Part shown: one piece after another, positions 31,681 through 49,019 of the stretch
How positions within the stretch are numbered: the stretch's first letter is position 1
Layout of the letters: each line of letters opens with the position of its first letter
Assembly (NCBI RefSeq): GCF_009914755.1
Contig: NC_060926.1
Reading direction: 5' to 3' (one strand)
Source of the DNA: the human T2T-CHM13v2.0 reference genome, Homo sapiens
Length of the DNA: 64,000 nt
Notes under the pieces: model-generated
Database searches by the model: none
What the model was told of the DNA's origin: nothing
Seen by the model: the letters and a program-made list of their open reading frames with translations, nothing else
Translations under genes and position numbers: made by a program

Positions 31681-33725
31681 GGTTTTATTTAATAATTCTC
31701 CTCCTTATACTTTCTGTCTCACCAGTTTCCCCTCAAACTGATTTACCTACTACACAAAATTATTCTTATCGGGCTTATGTGCCTTTTCCTCCACTTATTT
31801 GACCTCTCACCTGGATGGATGCTCCTGCGGAAATCTATACTAACGATAGTGTGTGGATGCCTGGAGCTACAGATGACTGTTGCCCCGCTCAACCAGGAGA
31901 GGAAGGCACTGCATTTAATGTTACTATGGGTTATAAATACCCTCTGTGCCTCAGACATGCACCTGGTTGTATCCATCTAGAAACTCAAGTCTGGGCTGCT
32001 TGCCTTCCAGAGAGATCAGCCACAGGGGAATGGGGACATTTGGTCTCCGGCCTCTCCCTTTCTCCTTTAAGACAAATGAAAGGGGGAGTAATGAGAGATA
32101 CCCCATACTTTCAATATAAACCTGTAGGAAAATCATGTCCTAAAAATTTTGAGGGCCCATCTAAAACTTTAATTTGGGAAGATTGTGTTAACTCACATGT
32201 AGTAGTATTAAAAAATGCCTCATATGGTTTAGTAATAGACTGGGCACCAAAGGGCTATTTTAAAAAACAATTGCTCCTCTGGTGGAAGGGAATGCCTGGA
32301 GGCTACTTATTTTATTTCTCATTGGGAGGACAAGGATCATCATCCTACTTTGCATAGGAGGTTCAGCTCATTCTTTCCCTTAAAATGGGAAGATAAGGGC
32401 ATTACCCCCACAAGGCCTCATATGATATTCCCCATTCTGAGCCCAGAACACCCAGAACTTCGGAAACTGGCTATCGCCATGTCCAGACTGCAAGTATGGG
32501 AAGGGGAAACTTTTCTGTCTGTTATCCCCAGTACTGCCCCTCACATCCATGATTCTGAACCCCATGATAAATCCCCTTTGAGCCCTTTTCCTCTTTTTGA
32601 TGCCTATCCTCCTTTATGGGACTCCAATTGGCATTATGATAATTCTTCTCAATCCAGGTATGCCCCCTACCTCTTCAGCATCCCTAGGCCCCTCGGATTG
32701 CTTCTTTATGGTGGAGAACATCGGGCGTTCCCACCGCCACTCCTCTCCCTCAGTATCAATGTAGATTCAAACATTCTGCTTTGTTTACCTCCAGCCTGAC
32801 TATTCCTATACAGAGTTGTGTTAAGCCTCCTTTGTGCTGTTAGTAGGAAATAGCAAACTTTGGACGAATAATCAAACTGTCCAATGCATTAATTGCCATT
32901 TATACACTTGTGTTAACTCCTGTTTTGCTTCAGGAAAAGTGTAATGTTGGTTCGAGCTCAAGAAGGAATCTGGATACCAGTAACTTTACCCAGACCTTGG
33001 GAATCTTCCCCCTCAGTACATTTAATTAATGAAGTGTTAAAACAAATTCTCAAAAGATCTAAGAGATTTGTTGTTACTTTAATTGCTGTGATCATGGGCC
33101 TAATTACAGTCACGGCACTGGCCACCACTGCCGGAGTGGCATTACACCAATCTGTTCAAATGGCTTATTTTGTTAATGATTGCCAGGCCAATTCCACCCA
33201 AATGTGGAATTCTCAACAGGGAATTTATCAAAAATTAGCTAATCAAATTAATGATTTAAGACAGTCTGTTATTTGGCTTGGAGATCGGCTAATGAGTCTC
33301 GAACATCGCATGCAAATGCAGTGCAATTGGAATACTTCTGATTTCTCTATCACACCATATTCCTACAACGAGACTAATCATTCATGAGAAATGGTCAAAG
33401 GACACTTGCTGGGAAGGGAAGATAATTTATCCTTGGAGATAACTAAATTAAAGAAACAAATTTTTGAAGCCTCTCAAGCTCATTTATCCATTGTGCCTGG
33501 AGCTGATGCATTAGATCAGGTGGAAGAAAGTCTTTCTGGACTAAACCCCACGATTTGGATTAAGTCTATTGGGGGCCCCACTGTAGTAAATTTTGGAATC
33601 ATGTTTCTCTGTTTAATCAGCTTGTTTTTAGTGTGCCGTACCAGTTAAAGAATCCTGCATCAAAACTGAGAGAATGAACAAGCCTTCATCCCCATGGCAT
33701 ATTTATATAAAAAGAAAGGGAGAAA
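31681..33725 (+). pseudogene. env: HERV-K(HML-8)/HERVK11 env remnant (SU + TM), disrupted
   Basis: [29 protein letters not shown] (SU start); furin site RSKR at 33055-33066; fusion peptide [19 protein letters not shown]; [19 protein letters not shown]; CNWNTSDFS; polypurine tract AAAAAGAAAGGGAGAAA before the LTR. Confidence 0.93.
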
Positions 33726-34763
33726 TGTTGCAGGAAGTCAGGGACCCAAATGGAGGGACGGGCTGGAGCCATGGCAGAGGAACATAAATTGTGAAGATTT
33801 CATTTTAATATGGACATTTATCAGTTCCCAAATAATACCTTTATAATTTCTTATGCATGCCTTTAATTTTTAATCATGTTATCTTCATAAGCTGAGGATG
33901 TACATCACCTCAGGACCACTGTAATAATTATGTTAACTGTACAAATTGATTGTAAAACATGTGAGTTTGAACAATATGAAATCAGTGCACCTTGAAAAAG
34001 AACAGAATAACAGAGATTTTTATGGAACAAGGGAAGACAACCATAAGGTCTGACTGCCAGTGGGGTCGGGCAAAAAGGGCCATATTTTTCTTCTTGCAGA
34101 GAGCCTATAAACAGTTGTGCAAGTAGGAGAGATATCATCAAATTCTTTTCCTAGCAAGGAATAATAATATTAATACCCTGGGAAACGAATGTGTTCCTGG
34201 GGGGAGGTCTATAAATGGCCGCTCTGGGAATGTGTGTCTTGTGCAGTTGAGATAAGGACTGAAATACTCCCTGGTCTCCTGCAGAACCCTCAGGCTTACT
34301 AGGGTGGGGAAAAACTCTGCCCTGGTAAATTTGTGGTCAGACCGGTTCTCTGCTCTTGAACCCTGTTTTCTGTTGTTTAAGATGTTTATCAAGACAATAC
34401 ATGCACCACTGAATATAGACCCTTATCAATGGCTCTGCTTTTTCCCTTTGTCCTGTTCCCTCAGAAGCATGTGATCTTTGTTAGACCCTTATTGGTAGTT
34501 CTGCTTTTTGCTCTTTGAAGCATGTGATCTTTGTACCTACCCTCTGTTCTTACACCCCCTCCCCTTTTGAAACCCTTAATAAAAACTTGCTGGTCTGAGA
34601 CTCAGGCAGGCATCATGGTCCTACCGATATGTGATGTCACCCCTCGCGGCCCAGATGTAAAATTCCTCTCTTTATACTGTCTCTCTTTATTTCTCAGCTG
34701 GCTGACACTTATGGAAAATAGAAAGAACCTACCTTGAAATATCAGGGGTGAGTTCCCCCAATA
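33726..34763 (+). mobile_element. MER11A 3' LTR (HML-8)
   Basis: Starts TGTTGCAGGAAGTCAGGGACCC; contains GAACATAAATTGTGAAGATTTCATTTTAATATGG and AATAAA at ~34578; ends TTCCCCCAATA. Confidence 0.92.
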
Positions 34764-34945
34764 GATAGGAGGGTGAAGATTGAAAAACTACCTATTAGGT
34801 ACTAGGTGCAATATCTAGGTAATGACATCATTTGTACACCAAACCTTAGCAATGCACAGTTTACTCATGGGAGATACCTGCACATACACCCTGTGAACCT
34901 AAAATAAGGTTGAAAAATAAAAATAAAATAGATAAAATAAAATGT
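34764..34945 (+). mobile_element. L1PA15/16-like 3'UTR end and A-rich tail
   Basis: GAAAAACTACCTATTAGGTACTA...ACCTGCACATACACCCTGTGAACCTAAAATAA then A-rich tail. Confidence 0.8.
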
Positions 34946-35045
34946 AAATTAAAATAAAATTTGAATACAGTTTTATTTTTAGTAGAATTTCTACATGTAG
35001 TTTCCAGAGTTAATAATTTATAATGAATGTCTACCCATGTGATTA

Positions 35046-35477
<432 letters not shown>

Positions 35478-36399
35478 TTACTCAATTCTAGTTGTAATCA
35501 ATGCCTAAGCTTTGATTATATCTTCGTTTAACTTGGCTATATTGCGTATCATTTATTTTGGGAGACAGTAGCCTCCTATCTTAGCTCTTTAGGTGTGCAC
35601 ATATTCATCTTTACATATAAAGGGATTTGAGATATTTCTGTGATTTCATAAAGTTTTTATGAAGTTATCTTCTTTAAATTTACTTTTACTTTACACTAAT
35701 TGAATGTGCATTATTTTGGCTGATCTATTTTTTGGAAGTATAATAAATTGCTTTATGTATACTTCAGTGGCTTTAGATTTTTTATTTATGATTTTTAGCA
35801 TTATGTGTTTGCCTTAGAGTTTATGTGCACAAAACTATTATATATTTGTTCACATTAAATACAATTTATGTATGTTTTAATCAATATTCACCTGCATGTA
35901 GCTTGCTCTGAAAGAACTAGAATGCTTTCATTTTCCATACATATAATTTTTTTCTATATCTCTGGAGAATAATGTTCTGCATATTTTTGAAATATATAGG
36001 TAGGACTATGCTTTGTGAAAGAGTCTATTAAAGTTTACCACATTTGATGAGTTTTGTTTTGGAATTAATTAAAACCTGAAGCAAAATTGATCTGACATAT
36101 AATTATGTGTATAATTATTATGGTTACTGTGTCATATAGTAATTAGGCATAATATGAATTTTATTTGGTTTTACTGCTTTTATGTAACATATCCATCATT
36201 GTTTTAGTCAGCTGGGAAAGAACTATAGGTAAACAATTATCCACATTGTGAAGCACTTTCATGAGTATTATCTCATTATGTATATAAATAGGTTATGATA
36301 TTTATTTCATTTCAGGATAGTAAAGGGGCATTTCAAAAACAAAAAACAACATTTTTTTAAATGAGAAAAAGATCCTTTAATTCCAATAGGGTTAGAAAC

Positions 36400-38430
36400 A
36401 AGTACGTTATCCTCTTTTCCTAGGTAATTTATCCCATGCCCACAGGTTCAGTTACCATCTCTATATTAATTCTCAAATATTCAGAACAGATCTTTCTTTT
36501 GAAATCCAGGTATGTTCAGCCAACTTCTTAATTGAACCTCCACCTTGGATGTCTCAAAGGCATCTCAGATTCAACATATTCATACATGAACTCATAGTAT
36601 CTCCCATCTCTACTAAAAGGCCTCATTGCCTGGGGTAAATGCCCAGGTTTTGGTCTCATGGCCAAGGAAATCAAAGACTCAGACGCACACACGCATAGTG
36701 AAATTGGAGCAAAAGTTTAATAGGCAAAAGAAAAGAACAGCTCTCTGTCACAGAGAGGGGTCCCAAATGGGTTGCTGAGTGGTAGTAAAAATGTCAGGGT
36801 TTATATAAATGGGCTAGTGAGGAGGGTGTGTCTTATCTCCGTGGGGCCTGAAGAACTGGTTAGGACCGGGTGTGCCGTATGTTGAGGGCAGAGCCTCTAG
36901 TAGTCCCCACCCCTTGTGCAGGCCGACTCTTAGTTTGTGCTGCTCTGCGCTGCTTATCTGAGCATGCTAAAAGGGAGGGAGAGTTTCTGTGCCTGTTCCA
37001 GGCACTTTCTTGCAGCTGCAGGTGTCCCTGACTCGCCCCATACCCCGACCCCCACCCCATCTCACCCCACTCCCTCCCTCCACTCCCGCGCTTCCAGCTC
37101 AGCTTCCCTATCTTTGTGTGCTTAAAGAAAGGGAGATGAATGTGCTTATTATGGCACACTGTTTTTACTGGGGCCTATTGTTTGTATGTGAAGTTTGGTG
37201 ATTACCCAGGACACTTCCAGCTCTGTGCCCAAGTTGCTTGTCTGTGTTTTTCAGCCTGATCTTCCAGGCTGCTCTTTGTTAGAAGAGAGGTGATTTCTTT
37301 GAACTGCGTGAGGTTAGAATGGGAGCAATTTCTGAGCTGCTTTTTGTTAGAAAGAAAGTTTTCTGCCAGGGACTCTCTTTACCCTAACTACCTAAATGAT
37401 TTCTTTCTATCTCCTGTAACACTACCTTGGTACGTATTTCAGTGATTGTCATCATCACCCATCCTGTTAGGCAAACCAGAAAACTCAAAGCCATCCTTGT
37501 TGCTCCTCTACATCCCTCACTCTATATCCAATTTATCATCAGATTCTTTATTTTTCTTTTCTCAACTCTCTAATATATTATATCCATGCTTTGCCATTTC
37601 TACTGCTGGAACTAACCCTAGTCAAATCACATTCCTCCTTTGTTGGGAGTATTACAATAATATTCTCTACAAGGTATACCCACTCAGGAAACAGAGTGAT
37701 CTAATTAAAATATAACTATTTTTATGTCAGATCTTTTAGTGACTTCCCATTGTTGTTGAGATGAGGACAATAATTATTAACAAGGTGAACAGGGACTGGG
37801 ATGTTCTGGCCCCTGCCATTGCTTACTGAATCTTGCAACAAACCCCCTTGTCTCTTTTTTTCAGGTGCTGAAATGCATCATGGCCTCTCCTGAGGCTGGG
37901 CCTTTGCATATGCCCTAACACAACTTAAAATCACCTGTCTTTGAAAGATGGGCTATTGTATCAGCTAGACTAATAAAAATTATTCTCCACATAATCATGT
38001 TTCTTATTATTAATTAACAAACATGAAAAAGATACCATGTAAAATATTAGAATTCAGTTTTCTTTTGAAGAGATCTTTTTGAATTAACAGCTTTTAAGGC
38101 TATTAGTTCCTATGCATTCTTCAGATATCAGTTCAAGCCTCATTTTCTTAGGGAAGTTTTTCCTCTGTTCACTCTAGGCCAGGTTATGTTTTATTCCCTA
38201 TCTCATAGAACCTAGACTCTTGTTTCCTTTTTTCTTAGAACATTGCCTCAGTTTATGGTTCTTGTATTGTAATAATACACTTATCAATATCATTCTTGAT
38301 CAATATTTATTTCTTCCATTTCAAGCTCTGAGAGGTCTGATACTCTGTCTCTTTTTGTCCATTGTTTTTTCTCTAACCTCTCATAGTGTCTGGTTCATAA
38401 TGATAAATAATTTTCAAGTCAATGAATATA
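36400..38430 (+). mobile_element. L2 fragments, split by an LTR
   Basis: CTCCACCTTGGATGTCTCAAAGGCATCTCAGATTCAACAT; GGCCTTTGCATATGC; L2-like 3' end near 38410. Confidence 0.65.
36614..37421 (-). mobile_element. ERV1 solo LTR (LTR25/MER61-group-like)
   Basis: Minus strand starts TGTTACAGGAGATAGAAAGAAATCATTTAGG; 4-bp TSD CTAC at 36610-36613 and 37422-37425. Confidence 0.8.
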
Positions 38431-40369
38431 AAGTGGTAGTAAGTGAGAGAGCTGGGATTTGAAATCAGAGCTGACTCTAAAACTACTATTCTGCAGTGAC
38501 AGTATATTTTTAACATGTGCATTATAACAATAAATTACACTGGATGTTCAGCACTTGTCTTGGATATATTCAAAAGCAAAACATGAGTCTTAGCTTTTCC
38601 AGTTTAAGCAGTTTAATTATATTTTCATAATTTATAACATTAATAAAATGGGGAATTGTGGTAAAAGAGATTCTGAGGTGCATATAAAAATGTTTGCAGG
38701 ATGAACCACTTAAGTAAGGGAGACCCAGTGGACATCTGCCAGTGGGAGCTGGCTGTGAAAGGCAACAAGGTAGAATGAAGCCCAGTTTCTGTACTTGAGG
38801 GACCCAGGCACCAGGCAGTGAGTGTGGCACTGATGGCCCACCTTGGTCTCTCCTGGCCCAGCCTCAAAATAGAGTAGAAAAAGGGAGTCGATGACAATGA
38901 ATTGGTTCTATGGAAGAAGACAGCATATGAAGGGAAACTTCATTGGAATCACATAGGTAGATTTTTTTATGTTGTTGGCTGTTGTGTCCAAAAACATTGC
39001 AGAGGAAAGATTCAATATTAAAAAGCAAATTGGTTCATTGCTGAGAGAATGTAAAATTTATTCTCATTCTCTTTCCATCTATTCCTCTTTTCTTCCCTTC
39101 CTTTATCTATTACTCTCTTTCTTCCTCCCCTTCTCCATGACTCGCTATAACCTCTGATTCTTCAGTATGAAAGTAGTGTACATGGACAGAAATCCCTAAT
39201 ATACTTGTTTTTAATAGCAAACGGGGAACATGTAACCACAACTCTCCAGCGAAATTGAGATCATGGCCACATAATCTACAGCTTTTTCTCTCTTCTCTAT
39301 GTAGATTATAATAGTTTTATTTAATAGAAAACAAAAAAATTATGTATTAATTTCAATTTAAAAATTTTCTTGATGTTAGCAAACTATGGATCATATCTTA
39401 AGAAAGCAGTGTATATTTCTTACCCAAATTCTAACACTAAAATATTTTAAAATATTATTTATTTCCTTTGGTTTTTAATCCATATATTTGTGTGTTAGTC
39501 TATAGGATAATAACAAGATTATATTTTCTCTATATCTCTCTTGCCATTTGTAACTTTGTGATTTTTACATATTTAAAAGACAGTTAATAGGATTGAAGTT
39601 GAAACTGTATTTCTATTCCAGATGTTGATGTCTTCAGAATTGCTTTGGAAATTGTCAGATTTCCAAATTAATATCATAGATTGACTTCTTCATCTCTATT
39701 CTTAATCAAAATTTTCCAAGAAGTAAAGATATTTGGTCACCGGGAAGAAAATTATAATGCTTAGCAGTGACTTTCTAAGCAGCCTGAGGTGTCTTATTAA
39801 CCAGAGTCTGCTCAGGCCTCAAGATCTGTTGCTGCCCACATGTAGGGCAGTTTTTCTCATAAGCCTAACTAAGGGCTGAGCTCTTCTTTTACAGTCATTC
39901 TATAATGCACACCCAAAGCTAAAAAAGGAGTGGTCAGTTTACGTTATTGTCTTATTAGAATGCATGAAATTTTGTAATACAAGCACAAATGTATGTATTC
40001 TTTCCATCTGTTAGACACACACCCCTTTTAGAGTTTTAAACTGTATCTTTTTATATTCTATATCCTATAGTTTTGTTTGATTCTGTGTTATAAACTTCCA
40101 GAGTCATTCTAAAGATCTTGAAATAATCTAGAGTTCATTCTAATATAGTGGAAAAATTATTTTAATGTCTTATCTTTTGAAATACAGATTTCAAAACTAC
40201 CTAGTTAGCAAATGCTGGATAATGAAATTTGTTCAGAGTTTGACTTTTTATTCATTTTCTTATCCCACTAACAAGAGCACCTTGAAGTTCTCTCATCATT
40301 AATGAGATTTCTTAAAATATGTGATTCTGAAGTTTTACCTGAGGAAAAAGAAAAATTCACATGTACTTT

Positions 40370-41225
40370 TGTGATGGAGTAGCTTAACTTCAAAATTCAT
40401 TTTGAAACAATTTTTCCTTTCTTGGTTTTAGCCTTGAAACATACTTTACAACTCTGTTTACCTCCCTCCCCACCAAACATCCCCTTGTACTGGTAGCTTA
40501 TCTAGTTATATCCTTACTTAGAAGTTCCAGGGGCTAATCTTGAAACAAGCCAGGCATGGACACCCGAAATTCCAGAGATTACCTCAAGGCGGTTTGTCAA
40601 CAATCTGGCTATTGTTGAGATGATGTCAGCCTATGCTCCAGGTCAGCAGTCCCCAGACTTTTCGGCACCAGGGACTGGTTTCATGGAAGACAATTTTTTC
40701 ATGGATGAGGGCAGGGGTTTAGTTTGGGGCCAAAACTGTTCCACCTCAGATCATCAGGCATTAGAATCTTATAAGGAGCTTGCAACCTAGATCCCTCACA
40801 TGCACAGTTCACAATAGGGTTTGCGCTCCTGTGATAATATAATGCCCCTGCTAATTTGACAGGAGTCAAAGCTCAAGTGGTAATGCTCCCCTGCCCATGG
40901 CTCACCTCCTGTTGTGTGGCCTGGTTCCAGTCTGCCACTGGAGGGTTGGCGACCCCTGCTCCAGGTGGACCATGACTCAAGATAGTCACCAGAACAGGAC
41001 ACACAGACCTTGTATCCAGCACCACTCCTGCATGCCTTCCATTCCAGGTTGCCCTTTTAAAACCCTTCTCCCCAGTCTAAAGTTTTGAATGGTTTTTTAA
41101 GGGAATAAGCTTGTCCATTCCCCAACTGCTAGAATTTGAGTGAAGTTGCCTGCCTTTCGCCACACCTTGCCTCTCATGTTTTCTGGCTCTCAGCAGTGAG
41201 CAGCCAGACTTGGCGTGTGGTTACA
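40370..41225 (+). mobile_element. ERV1 solo LTR (MER66-like) interrupted by MER1B
   Basis: TGTGA...GTTACA termini; 4-bp TSD CTTT at 40366-40369 and 41226-41229. Confidence 0.7.
40644..40958 (+). mobile_element. MER1B (hAT-Charlie)
   Basis: TIR-like ends CAGCAGTCCCC...GGCGACCCCTG; perfect 8-bp TSD CTCCAGGT at 40636-40643 and 40959-40966. Confidence 0.92.
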
Positions 41226-41299
41226 CTTTTGTGCGTAAGGTATTTTAAAATGTTCTATATTATGTTATTATTTATCATATTGTTATTAAGTTTTTTCAT

Positions 41300-45010
<3,711 letters not shown>

Positions 45011-46179
45011 CTTTAAGGAAAAATATTTATAAGTTTACATTTCTGTAATTGTGTGTAGATTTTACCCCCACTGAATAATTTCAAACAGTATATTATTGTT
45101 GAAAAATCGAATATATGTTCTAGAATCATATTCTTGGCCAGAGATTTCAGTCCCTCCACTGTATGTGAAAGTCAAGTTGTTTTATCTGGTCTTCCTGTTT
45201 CTTCATGGTCTTCTGCCACTCACCTTTGCAGACTTTCCATTCCTGTCTACATCTACTATCTGTTTATTTATTTTCACTTGCATTTACATTTTTTTTCTTC
45301 CATACTCTGTCTGTAAAGATACCTGCAGTACCAGGATTTGATTTTCCCCGAGTCCAAATTATTTTTTAGATTATTGCATGTTGTTTGTTACCATCTTCTC
45401 CAAATATAATACCATTCTCTGTGTGCAACACTGTGAACCCCTTGAGCTTGTAATTAGTTGATCTATATCCATAGAACAAGTGTAATGCCACTGTATCAAG
45501 ATATATCCATACCAGGGCCTCTACCCCTTTCTAGTTGTTTCCCTCTGCTGAAAATTACATGGCTGTAAATAAATGTGCTTTACTTCTTTTCATGTGCTTG
45601 CTAATGTTGCAGGGAACCTCAATCAGGAATAAAACAGAATCACGTGGCAAAGAGATTAAGCTAATTTTGACCATAAGAAAAATGTTTGCAATAATTTAAA
45701 CAAGGTTATCTTGAATTGTCACTCTTTAATCTTTGATTTTGTTATGAATGCATAGTAAATTTGATATACATGTGCATGGCTAGAAGTCAAAAGATAGAAC
45801 TTAAATCAGACTCTTTGAAAGGTATTACTAAAATATAAATGTGTTATGGCTTAAAGTCATAGTTACATAATGCTACGGTTGGTCATAGTAAATCAGTAAA
45901 TGTATTTTTTAGAGCCACTAAATCTTTCACACTCATTATCATTCTATAGTGCAAAAATGAATAATGTTTTCAGCAAGTCTCTTATAGTACATACCACCTA
46001 GTGACTGAATTAGGGAAATAACATTCCTAAGTAAGTTCCTGTATAAACATGAATATACATATTTATACATGAATATAAAAAATATAAATTATAATTTTAC
46101 TTTCATGCCATTTCTACCTCAGAAGAATAGGTTGAATCTGTTCCACGAATGAAACATAAACAGGACATTCACTTGTGGT

Positions 46180-46995
46180 AGAGCCATTTGTTCACTAAAT
46201 ACACATTTATACAGTGACTATTATGGATAAGGTATTATGCTAGAGAGAGAAAAATGAATAATATGCCATCCTTGTTTGCTAGTAGCTCATAGGTGAATGG
46301 AAGGACTATGCAATGACACAATTGCAATGTTCTGTAATAAATGCAGTTCTACATTATTAACAGAGGCAGCAAAAAGGAAGAGGTAATATGGCATGGCTTA
46401 GTATAGGGTGTTATATTTATTGGAGCAGTATAAGATAATGTTAGAGAGATAGGCTTGAGTTATCCCTATGGATGATCTTATAGAGTAATCTTAGGAATTT
46501 AAACTTTATCCAGTGGATAGCGGAGTGCCATTCGATGGTAATACATAGATGAATGATGTGCAAGTATGTATGTCTTTTAGTAATGTTATTTTGTCTGAGA
46601 AATTTGTTAAGCAGGGAGACATATTAGAGGCTGCAGCAACATCTTGTGAAAACAATGAAACTTATAATAAGAAAGAAGTAAGTGAATAGAGAATGAGCAA
46701 TGGATTTTTAATATGTGATTTGAGAAAGCTTAAAATAATTAGAATAATGGCACATTTCAGGTTGGCAAGTGCCATTAATCAAAATCATGAAAGCAAGAAG
46801 AGGAACTGACTTAAGTGAAAGTTAAAAAAAATGTTTAGTGTTAGGCAGTGGAACATCCAGGTAGAATTAGATGAAGCCAGCAAAGATATAATAGGATAAG
46901 CCCTAGGCATGGACAAAAATGCTATAGGAATAGATGAGGAATGAGAAAAGATACAGATGGTTATGGACTCAGGAGAAGCTCAATGTTTCAGGGAC
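46180..46995 (-). mobile_element. L2 3' region
   Basis: CATTTGTTCACTAAATACACATTTAT (reverse L2 tail) followed by purine-rich L2-like body. Confidence 0.6.
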
Positions 46996-46999
46996 ATGG

Positions 47000-47050
47000 A
47001 TGTATGTGTATGTGTATGTGTGTGTGTATGTGTATGTGTATGTATGTGTA
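47000..47050. repeat. (TGTATG)n/(TG)n microsatellite
   Basis: Read directly. Confidence 0.9.
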
Positions 47051-49019
47051 GTATTCTGCTTACTAAACTAAATACAGTGACAATGCCTGGACAGGCCAGG
47101 GAAATTGTTGGTTAACATTAGATTATCAGTCATAAATGAGATGTTGAAAAAAATGTTAAAAACATTGTATTCTGATTATGACTTAAAGTGTTGATGGTGA
47201 CACATTAACAGCAAATAAATAAGAGGCAAGGCATTGTGTAGTACAATTTTTAAGAGATTGACTTGTTATCTTACCCCATGCTGTCAAAGACCACTTCTAC
47301 AGAATTGCTTGACTTTTGGAGTGAAAATAGGGAATTCCTACAGTCAAAGGCAATATTTTACATTAAACAGAGCCCACATAACTATGCAGACAGTACATGG
47401 AGTTAATTTCAGCTGGACACTATTATATTCAGTCTTTACAAATTGATGCCTCAGCCATAAAAGCACCTCAGTGCAATCTCTAGAAATTGGATGGCTTCCC
47501 ATTGTAAGCCTTTTTGAGGTGTTGGACACAAAATAAGTTTTTGATTGTATTTGGAGGAGATCACATGTTAGTTGGGGGTTTGATATGACTAGACTGTGTC
47601 CCTACCCAAATCTCATCCCGAATTATAAACCCCATAATCCCCACATTTTGAGGGTGGATCAGGTGGAGATAATTGAATAGTGGGGGTGGTTTTCCCCATG
47701 CTGTTCTCTTAATAGTGAGTCTCACGAGATCTGATGGTTTAATAAGCATCTGACATTTCCCCTGCATGCATTCAGTGTGTCCTGCTGCCCTGTGAAGAAG
47801 GTGCCTGTTTCTCCTTTGCCTTCTGCCATGATTGTAAGTTTCCTGAGGCCTGCCTAGTGATGTGAAACTGTGAGTCAATTAAACCTCTTTCCTTTATAAA
47901 TAACCCAGTCTCGGGTATTTCTTCATAGCAATGTGAGAATGGACTAATGGACTAATACAGTAAATCGGTACCACAGAGAGTGGGTGCTGCTATCAAGATA
48001 CCCCAAAATGTGGAAGCTACTTTGGAACTGGGTAATAGGCAAAGGTTGAAACAGTTTGGAGGGCTCAGAAGAAGACACAAAGATTTGGGAAAGTTTGGAA
48101 CTTGCTAGAGATTTATTGAATGGCTTTGACCAAAATGCTGATAGTAATGAAGTCCAGGCTGAGGTTGTCTGAGATGGAAATGAGGAACTTGTTGGGAACT
48201 GGAGTGAAGGTCACTCTTGCTATGCTTTAGCAAAGAGACTGGCAGTGTTTTGCTCCTGCCCTAGAGATCTGTGGAACTTTGAACTTGAGAGAGATGATTT
48301 AGGACATCTGGTGGAAGAAGTTTGTAAGCATCGAAGCATTAAAGAGGAAGTAGAACACAAAAGTTTGGAAAGTTTGCAGCCTGGCAGTGTGATAGAAAAG
48401 AAAAACCTATTTTCTGGGGAGAAATTCAAGCCAGCTGCAGAAATTTGCTTAAGTAACAAGGAGCTGAATGTTAATCACCAAGACAATGGAGAAAACATCC
48501 TCAGGGCATGTCAGAGACAGTCTTGGCAGCCCCTCCCATTACAGGCCAGGAGCTCTAGAAGGAAACATGGTTTCATTGACCGGGCCCAGGGCCCCTTGCT
48601 GTGTGCAGCCTAGGTCTTGGTGCCCTGCATCCAAGCTACTCCAGCTGTGGCTAAAAGGGGCCTAGGTACAGCTCAGGCTGTGGCCTCAGACAGTGCAAGC
48701 CCCAAGCCTTGGCAGCTTTCACATGGTGTGGAGCCTGCAGGTGAACAGAAGTCAAGAATTGTAGTTTGTGAACCTCTGCCTAGATTTCAGAGGATGTATG
48801 GAAATGCCTGGATGTCCAGGCAGAAGTTTGCTGCAGGGGCGGAGCCCTCATGGAGAAACTCTGCTAGGGGAGTGCAGAAGGGAAATGTGGGGTTGGAGCC
48901 CCCATACAGAGGCCCCACTGGTGTTGCAGTTTTTTTGCTTCTGTAGTTCAGCAAGTGCGAGGGAGTGGCTCCCAGCAGCTTCTTCACTCCCATAGCTCAG
49001 TGACCATCTGTTCCACAGT

